From Octopus bimaculoides (lineage: Eukaryota): 38,786 nucleotides of DNA. The notes beneath the pieces were generated by a model. The model ran no database searches and had not been told where the DNA came from. It saw only the letters and a program-made list of their open reading frames with translations. The stretch is taken from assembly GCF_001194135.2 (NCBI RefSeq), contig NC_068984.1, forward strand, positions 60,111,709 to 60,150,494, given 5' to 3'. This document shows positions 11,150 to 22,502 of this stretch, one piece after another. The number at the start of each line of letters is the position of its first letter. Positions within the stretch are counted from its first letter, which is position 1. A program made the position numbers and the translations under genes.

Positions 11150-11515
11150 AAGTGGTTGGTGTTAGGAGTACCCAGCAATAGAAACCATGCCAGAAGTGAA
11201 GTATTTTGTTTGTTTGAGACATGGTCCTTCAGTGCATCTAAGAGGACTGTAACCCCAAAATAAGAACTGACCTAGACTGTGATAACCCAGCTGACTCATG
11301 GCAGCATGGAAAGTGGATGTCATCATCATCGTCGTCGTCGTCGTCGTCGTCGTCGTCATCGTCGTTGTCGTTGTCGTTGTCGTCACCCTCATTATTTAAT
11401 GTCCTCCTTCCATGCTGGCATGGGTTGGGCAGTTTGACAGGAGCTGGCAAGGCAGAAGACTACCATACTTCTGTGTCTGTTTTGGCATGGTTTTTACGGC
11501 TGGGTGCCCAATAAT
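11150..11515. mobile_element. Two family C tails in tail-to-tail inverted orientation around a (GTC/GAT)n tract
   Basis: Plus copy at about 11150-11325 and minus copy at about 11393-11515. Confidence 0.75.
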
Positions 11516-11530
11516 GATGATGATGATGAT

Positions 11531-11562
<32 letters not shown>

Positions 11563-11567
11563 CGACG

Positions 11568-11885
11568 ACTTAGGGTATTCGGCTCATGGCTGTAAGGTTG
11601 TGAGTTCAATTTCCAGTGGAATGTTGTATCCTGGAACAAGATACTTATTTCATGTTGCTCCAATTCACTCAGCTGGCAAAAATGAGAGTTGTACCTGTAT
11701 TTCAAAGGTCCAGCTTTGTCACATTGTATGTGTCATGCTGATTCACCCTGAGAATTACATGAAGGGTATATGCGTCCATGGAGTGCTCAATCACTTGCAC
11801 ATTAATTTCACAAGCAGGCTGATATGTTGATCGAATCAACTAGAACACTTGTAATTGGTGGAGTGTCCAGCCTGATGATGATGTT
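11568..11885 (+). mobile_element. Probable further tRNA-headed SINE (family D)
   Basis: B-box-like GAGTTCAATTTCC near the 5' end and a (GAT)n tail. Single copy in the window, so family status is inferred. Confidence 0.5.
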
Positions 11886-12517
11886 GATGATGATCATGAT
11901 GATGTTTATGATGTTGATGACGTCGATAGTCCAATGGGCCTGTGATAAATATTTCGGTGCTATTCACAAGACAAAAGCTACTGGGGATGAAATGCATGTT
12001 TCTATGCATCAAGCTTCCTTGGAAGATTTCACTTCTTTATTCTACAGACTGCTACCTAACAATGCCTGATAGACTGAAGCCAAGTAAAGTCAAATTTACA
12101 TAAATCGTTGCAGCAGCTGATTAAAGGCAATTGCTCATTTTAACAAATCAACCATCAATTCAAAGTGATGCCTATTTTATTCAATGAAAAAGAATAGAAA
12201 ATGATTGAGAGAGAGAGAGAGAGAGAGTGAGAGTGAGAGAGGAAAAATGAAAGAGAAGTAGATACAAAGTTAGGCAGATAGATAAATAGATTGAAAGAAT
12301 GAATGAAAGAGAAAGAGAGAAAGAAAGAATGAAAGAGAAAGAGGGACAAATAAAGAGTGAGAAAACATTGGTACTTTGCCTGAAGATACAATGAAATCAC
12401 TGCAACGGAATGGAAAACTTTGGTAATGAATAAATGATGTGTTGCATTGGAATTTTCTGTATTTTCCAGCTTATTTCTTGTGCTGATATAGCAAAACTTT
12501 ACAGAACAAAGTATTGC

Positions 12518-12566
<49 letters not shown>

Positions 12567-13304
12567 GTTATTGTTATTGTTATTGTTGTTGTTGTTGTTG
12601 TTTTTCTGCCAGAGTTTATCATAAATCCTAATATAATCACTTAAAGAAAATAGACACACTCCAAGATTTCTTGAAGAGAATTTGGTCTCAAAAGTGCTCC
12701 ATTTGGGAGCCGTTGCATGAAATTTAAACAATTTTTTTTTCTTCTTCTTCTTCTTTTTCTTCTTTGTGTTGGGACAATAGATAGGAAATCAAACAGGAAA
12801 AGAAGGAAAAGAAGAGGAAATTATTAGAATTTGGTTAAGAAAGATGAAGAAACACATTTTTAGTTGTTGCGTAGCCTCAGGTCAACTTTGATGGAGCAGA
12901 CATAAGATTTTTAAGCAAATTATCATGACTGCACAAAGTCTTTTTTCTTGCTTTCTTTCTTATAAAATTTCTTCTTGTTTGACATACATATATAAATATA
13001 CACAAGATACATACTCTATCACAGTCAAACACATGCACTGTCTTACCTGTCTCTCACCTACTAACATGCCTGTGCATGTGTGTATTTATACACACATACA
13101 TATATATTTGTGTAAGGAAAGGCTTTTAATTCAAACATGTAAAAAAGACACAACTGTGTTTAAATATTTTGTTTTTGTATAATATTAAGCATTTTAAAAT
13201 AATATTAGTCCTTTATGTTTAGTTTGGAACAATAGCATTTCTAAGTCCATGAACATTTGCAGACTTTCTCACTCATATAATCTGAATGAAATTATTGAGC
13301 GAGG

Positions 13305-13590
13305 TCATTGCCTGTGCCGCTGGACTGGCTCCTGTGCAGGTGGCATGTAAAAAACACCATTTGAGCATGGCCGTTGCCAGTACCGCCTGACTGGCTTTCA
13401 TGCTGGTAGCATGTAAAAGCACCCACTACACTCTTGGAGTGGTTGGCGTTAGGAAGGGCATCCCGCTGTAGAAACTCTGCCAGATCAGATTGGAGCCTGG
13501 TGCAGCCATCTGGTTTGCTAGTCCCCAGTCAAATTGTCCAACCCATGCTAGCATGGAAAGTGGACATTAAACTATGATGATGATGATGAT
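13305..13590 (+). mobile_element. Family C retroposon
   Basis: Matches 4720-5062 and ends in (GAT)n. Confidence 0.85.
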
Positions 13591-14109
13591 GTAGCATAGT
13601 GTTCATGTGGTTTGCATTAGGTTGCAGAAGATCATGGGAATGCTGTTATGATAGATAAAAGTCATCAATGCCAGATTTAAAATTATTCAAGAGTTAACTC
13701 CTCTTAGATTTTCACATGTGTCATATTTTGTTCTTATTAGAGCTTCCATAGTTAATCTGCCTCATTTTTTTTTCCAGAAATTTATATAGGATAGTAGTAC
13801 TGGCAACTATTGATCTTTTAAAATCTAATTTTGTTTTACGTACTATAATATAATATATTGCAATGGCCACTTGTTGTGAATTCATGATCAACCAATGAGA
13901 AAGTGTTTTCCTTGTGTGTCTGATGGAACAGTTTGAGTTAAGAAGTTTACAACTTTCTTCTTTACACTGAAATTCTTATATCACATTGGATGAAATACAT
14001 TCCATGTCTTGAAAATTTGGGACTTCATGTGTTAATGAGATTTTTCATCCTGATGTTTTTGTAATATAATCTAGTATTTTGAGGTTATGGTTAGGTATGA
14101 TCATTTTTG

Positions 14110-14532
14110 TCCTCATTTTAATGTCCACTTTTCCATGTTTTCATGGGCCAGATAGAATTAGTTGAGGCAGATTTGTTATGATTGGATATCTTTCCTGCTA
14201 CCAACACTCAACTGTTTCTAAGGAAGGTAATATTTCTCTTTGATGAGACATGTTTTCATGGAAGATTGGAAATGAAGGTAATTGCTGGCATGAAGAAGGC
14301 ACTTACTCACATCTGTTAGGTAATATCAAGGCAAGGAGACAGTGACATGCATACACACATGCATGCACACAACTTCTTTCAGTTCCTGTCTATCAAATTC
14401 ACTCATAAGGTTTTGATTGGCCTAAGATTATTGTAGAATATACTTGCCCAAGTTGCCATGCTGTGGGACTGAACCCAAAACCACGTGGTTGGGAAATAAA
14501 CTTCTTCTCTCACAGCCACTCTTCTGCCTATG
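14110..14532 (-). mobile_element. SINE with family-A head/core and family-C tail
   Basis: Reverse complement runs from the A head (GGTTTTGGGTTCAGTCCC, CTTGGGCAAGT) to the tail CATGGAAAAGTGGACATTAAAATGAG. Confidence 0.75.
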
Positions 14533-14616
14533 CTGCATTAATATAATGCTTGATCCTTAAGCATAATGTAATCTAATATGCATGCAAAATACAAGAAGTA
14601 TGAGTTTTGATATTTA

Positions 14617-14827
14617 CGGGTGACACGTAAAGCGGGTGACACGTAAAAGCACCCACTACACTCTCTGAGTGGTTGGCGTTAGGAAGGGCATCCAGCTGTA
14701 GAAACTCTGCCAAATTAGATTGGAGCCTGGTGTTGCCATCCGGTTTCACCAGTCCTCAGTCAAATCGTCCAACCCATGCTAGCATGGAAAGCGGACGTTA
14801 AACGATGATGATGATGATGATGATGAT
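14617..14827 (+). mobile_element. Young 5'-truncated family C copy
   Basis: CpGs are retained, and there is a 5' tandem duplication of CGGGTGACACGTAAA. Confidence 0.9.
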
Positions 14828-14993
14828 TTCAAATTTTGGCACAAGGTCAGTAAGTTTGACGGAGGGGGCTAGTTGATTACATCTATCCCAGTGCTTGATT
14901 GGTACTTATGTTCTGAACTCAGAACATGAAGATGGGTGAAATATCACTAAGTCTTTTGCTTGGCATGCTAATGATTCTATCAGCTTGCCATCT
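14828..14993 (-). mobile_element. SINE family B with an internal deletion
   Basis: TTTCAAATTTTGGCACAAGG...GTTGATTACATC...GAACTCAGAAC...ATTCTATCAGCTTGCCATCTT. Confidence 0.75.
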
Positions 14994-15428
14994 TAGTATT
15001 AATTTCAATATTAAAATGACTATAAAGTTACTCCAGACAAGGCACTGTATTTTGATTGCTCATTCCTACCTGTGAGGGAAGGAGTGATACAGCTTTTTAA
15101 ATACAGCTTTAGGCTATTCCATGCTTTTAGTAATGAGGTAGTAAAGCTGTTAATTGAATGTTATAAGAAGTATGGCGTTTGTTATATGTATACAGGTGAG
15201 GTACAGTAGGTCCTATATGTACAGAATGATGTACTGATTTTAAAACTAGGAGCTTTTAGCCAGAAAGAAAAGCAGTGCTTGTGACCCTTTATAGGGCCTT
15301 TGAGATTGGTGGGAAGGAGCGAGGAAAGAAGGAGTCCTTAAATCAGAAACCTGTCCCAAATGCTTGTGACAGAGTGGACTCTATTAACTCTTTAGCATTT
15401 AAACTGGCCATTTCCAACTAAAAATATT

Positions 15429-15541
15429 CGGCCATATCATGCTGAGAGCACCGGTTCTCGTCCGATCACTGAAGTTAAGCAACGTCGAGCCTAGTGAGTA
15501 CTTAGATGGGTGACCGCTTGGGAAACCTAGGTGCTGTAAGC
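15429..15541 (+). rRNA. 5S rRNA-derived sequence (about nt 6-118); SINE head or pseudogene rather than a functional gene
   Basis: CGGCCATATCATGCTGAGAGCACCGGTTCTCGTCCGATCACTGAAGTTAAGCAACGTCGAGCCTAGTGAGTACTTAGATGGGTGACCGCTTGGGAAACCTAGGTGCTGTAAGC has the 5S A and C boxes. It lacks the first ~5 nt and has no oligo-T terminator. Confidence 0.92.
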
Positions 15542-15622
15542 GTCCCAAACTTTAATGGCGGTGCCCCAGCATGGCCACAGCTCATGAGCTGAAACTAGAT
15601 AAAATGAAAATGAAAATGAAAA
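15429..15622 (+). mobile_element. 5S-headed SINE (SINE3-type)
   Basis: 5S head + short linker + the tail GGCGGTGCCCCAGCATGGCCACAG shared with family A + (TGAAAA)n end. Confidence 0.8.
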
Positions 15623-15877
15623 CTTGTTTTATGTTCAAATTGTCTAGATCTAGCCTTTCACACCAGCCCTAGAATGTCATTCTAAAAATAAATAGTTACC
15701 TCATCAAAATCTCAAAGCAATAAGATAATGCATGATTAATTCAAAACAAAGTGAATAAATAAGCATTACTTTCGACAGAATAGTGTGAATAATAAAGGGT
15801 TAAAATCTTCCAAAATGCCAGGTGTTAGTTTTGAACTGGGTGAAGAATTAAAACTTTTGTCAAAGTATCAGTAATTC

Positions 15878-16114
15878 TGTGACAGGTTTACGATTGAACC
15901 TGTGGCAGTGGAGATCTCTGGCATTCCCAGCCCACAGACCATATCCCTGCTCACTGCTGTTGGGGTGGAGATGGCTGTCTGCAAGTGTGAGCCCCACGAG
16001 TCAGAAGGGTTGTTCCAGTATGTCTCCTTTGTCATCCTTCAGGGCAATGCCTTTTCCATTTTGTCTGGCAGCACCATGAGGCAGTCTGAATTACAGGAAA
16101 TTGAGAGAATGTAA
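15878..16114 (+). mobile_element. CRE-like (RLE-type) non-LTR retrotransposon C-terminal remnant
   Basis: RFTIEPVAVEISG...EPHESEGLFQYVSFVILQGNAFSIL resembles the recalled FxPxAxETxG...QRxSxAxxRGNA C-terminus of CRE-type elements. Confidence 0.65.
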
Positions 16115-16365
16115 AAATTTCATAGCTTACTACAGGAACAATATCAAAATAATGTCCCTCAGATACTTCTGGAATTATATTCATTAAGTCTTACAGGCTA
16201 TTGTGGGATTTGAACTCAGAATGCAAAAAGATAAAATAAACTTTGCAAGGCGTCCAATCTGATGTTCTTACAATCTTGCCAATGCACCATTCTGGATACT
16301 GCTTAGTTATTGAATCTAAAAGGATGAAAGGCAAAGTTTACCTCAGTAGGAAACAAATTAATACC

Positions 16366-16546
16366 ACTGATGGTGGTGTGTTTATGTCCCTGTAACTTAG
16401 CAGTTCGGCAAAAGAGACCGATAAAATAAGTACTAGGCTTCCAAAAAGAATAAGTCCTGGGGTCGATTTGCTCGACTAAAAAGCGGTGCTCCAGCATGGC
16501 CGCAGTCAAATGACTGAAACGAATAAAAGAGTAAAAGAGTAAAGAG
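16366..16546 (+). mobile_element. SINE family A, 3' half
   Basis: GTCCCTGTAACTTAGCAGTTCGGCAAAAGAGACCGAT...CCAGCATGGCCGCAGTCAAATGACTGAAAC. Confidence 0.85.
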
Positions 16547-16644
16547 TATATAGAAATCATTCTCTGATTAGTAATTTTTCTTTTTCGGCAGGCATAGTTC
16601 CATCCTTCTGGCACTTGCTTAATCTAATAGAGCAGGTTGATTAA

Positions 16645-16910
16645 CACTTTTGATATCAAGCTGCAAGTAATAGCCTCTGGTTTTATAATACAAAGCCTCT
16701 GATTTTAAAGTGTTTAAATTTAAATTTCACTCTTCCATTATAATTTTAAGTATAGAAATTAAAAAAAAGAGATCTTTTATGATTTGAACTCCAGTTTAAT
16801 AATGAAAATGTCAGTGATATTATTAAATTTACCAAATTCTTGATTATTTTCGAAATTAATTGAAACACAAGGACAGTGTTTATTTCATTTAAAATATTGT
16901 CATGAAAGGG
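16645..16910. mobile_element. piggyBac-type MITE, third family
   Basis: TTAA at 16641-16644, GAAAGGG followed by TTAG at 16911-16914, and imperfect TIRs. Confidence 0.55.
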
Positions 16911-17567
16911 TTAGACTATCTGTCAGGCATCTTACTTGAGCTATCTTCTTTGATAACTATATTCTTGCCTTCAGGGCTGGTATTGTTATTGTCATTTCTC
17001 TTTTTGGTATTGGCATCGATATCTTATTGGCATTAATATCTTCATTAGCACCATTGTTATCATGATCATCATCATCACTATCGTCAGAAGGATCATGACA
17101 ACAACAACAAACTTGACCAAAATCACCACCTCCACTATCACTGCTACCCCCACCATCATTGCCACCATCACCATTGCTGCAACCACCACCATTGTCACCA
17201 CCACCACCACCACCACCTTCCTCACCATCACTACTGTTGCCACTATAACTATTGCTGCTCCTGCCACCTGTTGTGTCAATTGTCTCTTTTAGCCAAGGAG
17301 AGAGTGAGAGAGACCTTTTCTTAACTTGCTAGAAATAAATGCTAAATCTTCCTCAAATTATACACTTCTGAATTTAGAAAAGGGAAACATTGTACATGTA
17401 ATTCAATGTAGTTCAAAGTACTCTGTGTTTCAAAAAAAGATAGGACATCCAAGGATGGAACGTTCTTGGATCATTGGTCTCCTCAACCAGAGACAATTTG
17501 GGACTAAATAATGATAATAATGATCAAAGTGATTTGAAAAATAAACTTCCCGGCACAAGTAGACATG

Positions 17568-17888
17568 TGCAAGCATGGCAGTATGGTTAAGAAGCTTGTT
17601 TTGATACCACATGGTTTTGGGTTCAGTCCCACTGTGCAGCACCTTGAGCAAGTGTCCTACTATAGTTCCAGACAAAACCATACCTAGTGAATATAAATTT
17701 ATTAGACAGAAACTGGAGCCATCTTGAGGCCATGATGAAGCTGAGAGTAGCTTCTTTGGAATAAACTGTTATCTCCCAGCCATAATCTAGTTGATATTTT
17801 TTGATTTTTAAAAATGCTCTTAGTTTTGGATAGGATATTGTGTATTCCCGTCCTTTTATGCAAACTGTCAAATTTAGTCCAAACACCC

Positions 17889-17938
<50 letters not shown>

Positions 17939-18158
17939 TGTGTATGTCTTTGTGTTTGTGTTTGTTCTCCTCAACATTGCTTGACAACTGCTGCTGATTT
18001 CTTTATGTCTCTGTAACTTAGCAGTTCAGAAAAAAACTGATATAGTTAGATGAAATAAGTATGAAACATTAAAAAATAAGTACTGAGGTTGATTTGTTTA
18101 ACTAGCCCCTTCAATGCAATGCTACAGCATGGCCACAGTCTACTTACTGAAACAAGTA
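17568..18158 (+). mobile_element. SINE family A containing a maT 3' end (about 17705-17890) at its internal (TA)n
   Basis: A head at 17568-17705, a segment matching 21015-21196, then (TA)n and the A 3' half. Confidence 0.75.
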
Positions 18159-18429
18159 TGAAGGTGTGCTGAANNNNNNNNNNNNNNNNNNNNNNNNNNN
18201 NNNNNNNNNNNNNNNNNNNNNNNNNNNNNNNNNNNNNNNNNNNNNNNNNNNNNNNNNNNNNNNNNNNNNNNNNNNNNNNNNNNNNNNNNNNNNNNNTTAC
18301 AGGACTTTAGAAAAACTGAAGGACCTCTGCAATAAATCTGAGAGGGGAATATGTCAAATAAAATCATAGTTAACTGATCCTGCTGTATTTTCTTTTACTC
18401 AAAACCAGGAACTTTTCAGCACCCCCTCA
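18159..18429. mobile_element. Mariner-derived MITE spanning a gap
   Basis: TIR AACCAGGAACTTTTCAGCACCCCCTC; reverse orientation of 6446-6661. Confidence 0.75.
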
Positions 18430-19014
18430 TAAAAGATAGAAGATAAGGAAACTACTGCAAGAAACTTGAACTCACCATTCTACAATTTTACAGTTCAGTT
18501 TCATACTCATGCACACATGCTTCTCTAGCATCAAGATTATTAGATAATTCTTTTTCAGAATGGTTTAACCTGAAGAGATAACGCCATAAATAATAGCGGG
18601 TACATGTTGGGTCAAAAACACCCTTTGGATTGAAAACATGTCAAGACTGCCTGTGGGATTTGAGCCCTCATTTCCTATAAACATGACAAGAATTTCTTTT
18701 CAAATGTCATTTAAATAGAATTTGTTTTTTTTACTTCCAGATTTTGAAATGAATTTTGCATTTACAAATATATGCTTTCATCTTCTATCTTGTTAACAAT
18801 TTTGTGCTTGTCATTCTGGTTCATCCTTTGGGAGGATGAGGTGGGTGGGGACTTTTAACTATTACCTCTAAATTTGACCATCCCTTCTGTTTCATTATTA
18901 TTATTATTGTTATTATTACCAATTTTTTTTTTAAACTATGTTTTCCATTTTCCTTTTCTTCACAACACATTTATCCTTAAAGACATCATCACCTTGAGGA
19001 ATTTGGTTCTACAA

Positions 19015-19047
<33 letters not shown>

Positions 19048-19181
19048 CCATTTCATTGAAAGTAAATGGTTATAAATAGTATTTTGCATTGGAAATTCTG
19101 CTTGCCTCCTAACTGGACTTAGACTCCCTGACACACATTCATACATTCCTGTATGCATACGCACACACACATACATACACA

Positions 19182-19228
<47 letters not shown>

Positions 19229-19678
19229 ACATACACATGCAAAAAAATATCTATTTTGATAAATTTTTTTCACATATTTTTAACAGTAATCATCACCATC
19301 ATCATCATCATTATTTTCTTATTTCATTTTCCTAGTTTACCTTTTTTCCTGTGTGTGTATGTGTGTGTTTTCTGGTTTCGCCTCTCTTTCAATACATTGC
19401 ACACTCCCTTACATTTATTTACCAAATAATAATATTGATGACAACAACAACAATAATAATAATAATAATAATAAATGAAGGGTAGGAAAGAAAATAAATA
19501 CAAATTAAGAAGTAAAAAAGAGAACTAGGAATGAGGGAAATGGAAGGTGGATGGTATTGGAGGGGTATATATATGTTTGGTTAGGAGATTGCATCGTCAC
19601 TGCCAATTCAATTTTTACCATTATCTTATATTTTTTGTTTAAATTTTGCATGTTCTTCTCCTCATAATAATAATAATG

Positions 19679-19716
<38 letters not shown>

Positions 19717-19871
19717 TATTATTATTATTATTACTTGCTCTTTCTTTTCTTTTCTTTTGAAACCATGCAAATGACTTGAATGTCATCCATGTTAACACAG
19801 CACAGTCCCCCATGTTACATATGGAAATTTTGATTGCATATTTGTGTGTATGTTCATGTACATCCATGTGC

Positions 19872-19992
<121 letters not shown>

Positions 19993-20139
19993 TGTGACTG
20001 TGTGTGTATGCATTAATGTATGTATGTGGGAAAGAAGGAGTTCTGTTTCTATTCTCAATGCACCAGTATCTTATATTGAGTTTGGTTTGTTAGCATTGTT
20101 TTGCTTGTATATTTCTGCATTTTTTTAAAAAACAATTTC

Positions 20140-21231
20140 TAAGGTGTGTATGTGCAAAATGTGTGATGTGGGATGAAGATCTGTGGGGTGATAATTAAAA
20201 TCTGTGTGTGTGTGTGTGTAACGACTACAGTATGGTTTGAGTAAGACTTCTGGTATTCTGCGTGTATGTTTAAGATCTGTGGTATGTTGTGTAAAATCTG
20301 TCGTGTGGGTATGTAAGATCTGTTTTGTGTGTCTTTGTGTGTGTGTACAGGGTGTTCAAGATAAATCTGATAATTTTTTATGTATCCTCTATTCAGGAAT
20401 AGCTTGATGTATTGGTGAAAAGTCAATGGTGTTGGAGAGCATAAAGATTAAAATTACAGTTGAGAAAAAAATTAGCTGATATGGAAGACTAGAAACCATC
20501 TGAATATTGAAAAGGAGTTACTTGTATTACAATGATTCACCCTGGGTATCAAAATGCTGACATCACGACTGTTACTCAATGCTTTGTGAACATTGTAAAT
20601 GCTGTAAGACATGACATGGACAGCTGTGGCAGAGACTACAAAGTTGTGTCCAGCAAGAAGGGAACATAGCAGGCATTCTGACTGCATGTTAGAATTCATC
20701 CAACAGCTGCAGGAACAGAGCCTTAGGCTCAATTCAGATGGTTATGTGCAGCTGCTGGAGACTGTGGTCAAACTATGGATGAAGAGGGTTGCTGCTGGAT
20801 GGCCATATATGTTGTAGCAGAGTCAGAAATAGTTGTCGGACAATTTCCACAACTTCACCAGCCCTAATTTCTAGCCTCCTAATTTCCCTGATTATAATCC
20901 TATGGATTGCTGTGTGTGGGGTACAAGTGAGAAAGACACCAACTGCTCCGCATGCATCAAGAAAGTGTTTGAAGGTCTTTACAGGGATGCAGTGAAGAAT
21001 ACATGCACCAAGTTATGAAGCTATCTTGAGGTCATGGTGGAAGCTGCAGGCAGTTATTTTATGTAAACTCTTTTATCTCCCAGCCATAATCTAGATGATA
21101 TTTTTTTGACTTTTTAAAAATACTTTTAGTTTTGGATTGGGTATTGTGTTTTCCTTTCCTTTTCTGCAAACTGCCAAATTTAGCCCAGACAACCTGTATA
21201 TGTGTAAGATCTGTCATGTATGTGTTTATGA

Positions 21232-21271
<40 letters not shown>

Positions 21272-21464
21272 ATGTAAGAAAGAGGGAGAGAGAGAGAGAG
21301 GTTGCTGGTGTGTTTATGTAAGACCTATAGTGTGGTGTGGTGTGTTTAAATTCTGTGGTGTGTATGAATCCAAGATCTGCATTTGTGTATAAGGTCTCTG
21401 ATGTTTGTGTAAGGTCTGTGTTGTGTGACCTCAATGGTGTGTTTGTGAGAGAGATAGAGATAGT

Positions 21465-21500
<36 letters not shown>

Positions 21501-21600
21501 GATAGAGAGAGAGAGGGAGAGAGAGAGAAAAAACTGTGGTGTGTATATTGCTTGTGCATGTGAAGTTTGTGGTGTGCAGCATGTATATTCTGCAGTCTGT
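20140..21600 (-). repeat. Degenerate AGATCT-(CA)n minisatellite, left arm (interrupted by a maT element)
   Basis: Repeated GTAAGATCTGT/AAAATCTGT anchors in TG-rich spacers. Reverse complement of the 21650-22960 array. Confidence 0.65.
20348..21196 (+). mobile_element. maT (DD37D-type) transposon remnant
   Basis: TA-CAGGGTGT ... ACAACCTG-TA. Fragments VKLWMKRVAAGWPY and PPNFPDYNPMDCCVWG. Confidence 0.85.
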
Positions 21601-21649
21601 GGGTGATAAAACTATCTTTTGCTATCATACATAAATATATTCACAGACA

Positions 21650-21752
21650 TCACACACATGCACGTGCGCGTGTGCACACACACACACACACAAGTGCACA
21701 TACACATGCACACATGCTATTGAACTTACAAATGCCACACACCACTAATCTT

Positions 21753-21799
<47 letters not shown>

Positions 21800-21957
21800 C
21801 ACACTGATTTTACATCTTACACATACAACCATAGATCTTACACCTTCCTACTGATTTCAGACACGTATATATCATAGAACTTAAGGATACCATACCAGAC
21901 CACAGAGCTTACTGTACATAAACACAGCATAAATTTTACACACATAAACTACAAACC

Positions 21958-22016
<59 letters not shown>

Positions 22017-22455
22017 AGTTGTTGCACATACACCATAGATCTCACATGAATACACTGTCAATCCTACTCATACAAACCCACCACAGATTTACACATACAT
22101 ACACACACTATAATGTACGCACTCAATAGATCATGCATACACACATACATACACCTTAGATCTCACATACACATGCACTAGCTCTTAAGTACACACAAAT
22201 AGATTTTACATGCACACACACATACCCACACACACAATAGGTCTCACATACACACAATAAATCTCACATGCATACAAACATACACAATAGATCTCACATA
22301 CACTCACACAATAAATGTCACATACACACAGAATAGATTTCACATATGTACATACACAAAAATCTCACATACATACATGCATACATGTTAGATCTCACAC
22401 ACATACATGCACACTTACAGTAGATTTTACACATGCACATATATCCACAGTAGAC

Positions 22456-22502
<47 letters not shown>

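Larger units (their letters stand above)
15388..15799. mobile_element. piggyBac-type MITE (same family as 10510) interrupted by a 5S-SINE
   Basis: TTAA at 15384-15387 and 15800-15803. Aligns by eye to 10510-10732 once 15429-15622 is removed (218 bp remain). Confidence 0.85.

Noticed and set aside
12471-12765. Lys-run/Asn-run open frame on the minus strand (FHATAPKWSTFETKFSSRNLGVCLF...)
   Set aside because: It is bounded by microsatellites, with no good donor and no recognisable homology.
14735-14765. CTGAGGA...GAAAC on the minus strand of family C copies (hammerhead-like core)
   Set aside because: Only 5 nt separate the boxes, so there is no stem II, and there is no NUH or stem I pairing.
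15429-15541. Functional 5S rRNA gene
   Set aside because: It is 5' truncated, has apparent CpG-type changes, lacks an oligo-T terminator, is not in an array, and is fused to a retroposon tail.
15860-16085. Minus-strand frame with a single in-frame TGA (a possible selenoprotein)
   Set aside because: It is the antisense of the CRE-like coding remnant, and no SECIS was seen.
16957-17285. About 109-codon Gly/Ser/Asp-rich open frame on the minus strand (…QVCCCCHDPSDDSDDDD…MPIPKREMTITIPALKARI*) behind a pyrimidine tract
   Set aside because: NNT-type trinucleotide tracts are inherently stop-free, and a TAG at 16957-16959 precedes the nearby donor at 16935. A terminal exon cannot be excluded.
18570-18645. 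CTGAAGA...GAAAACATGTC hammerhead-like boxes
   Set aside because: No convincing stem I or stem II.
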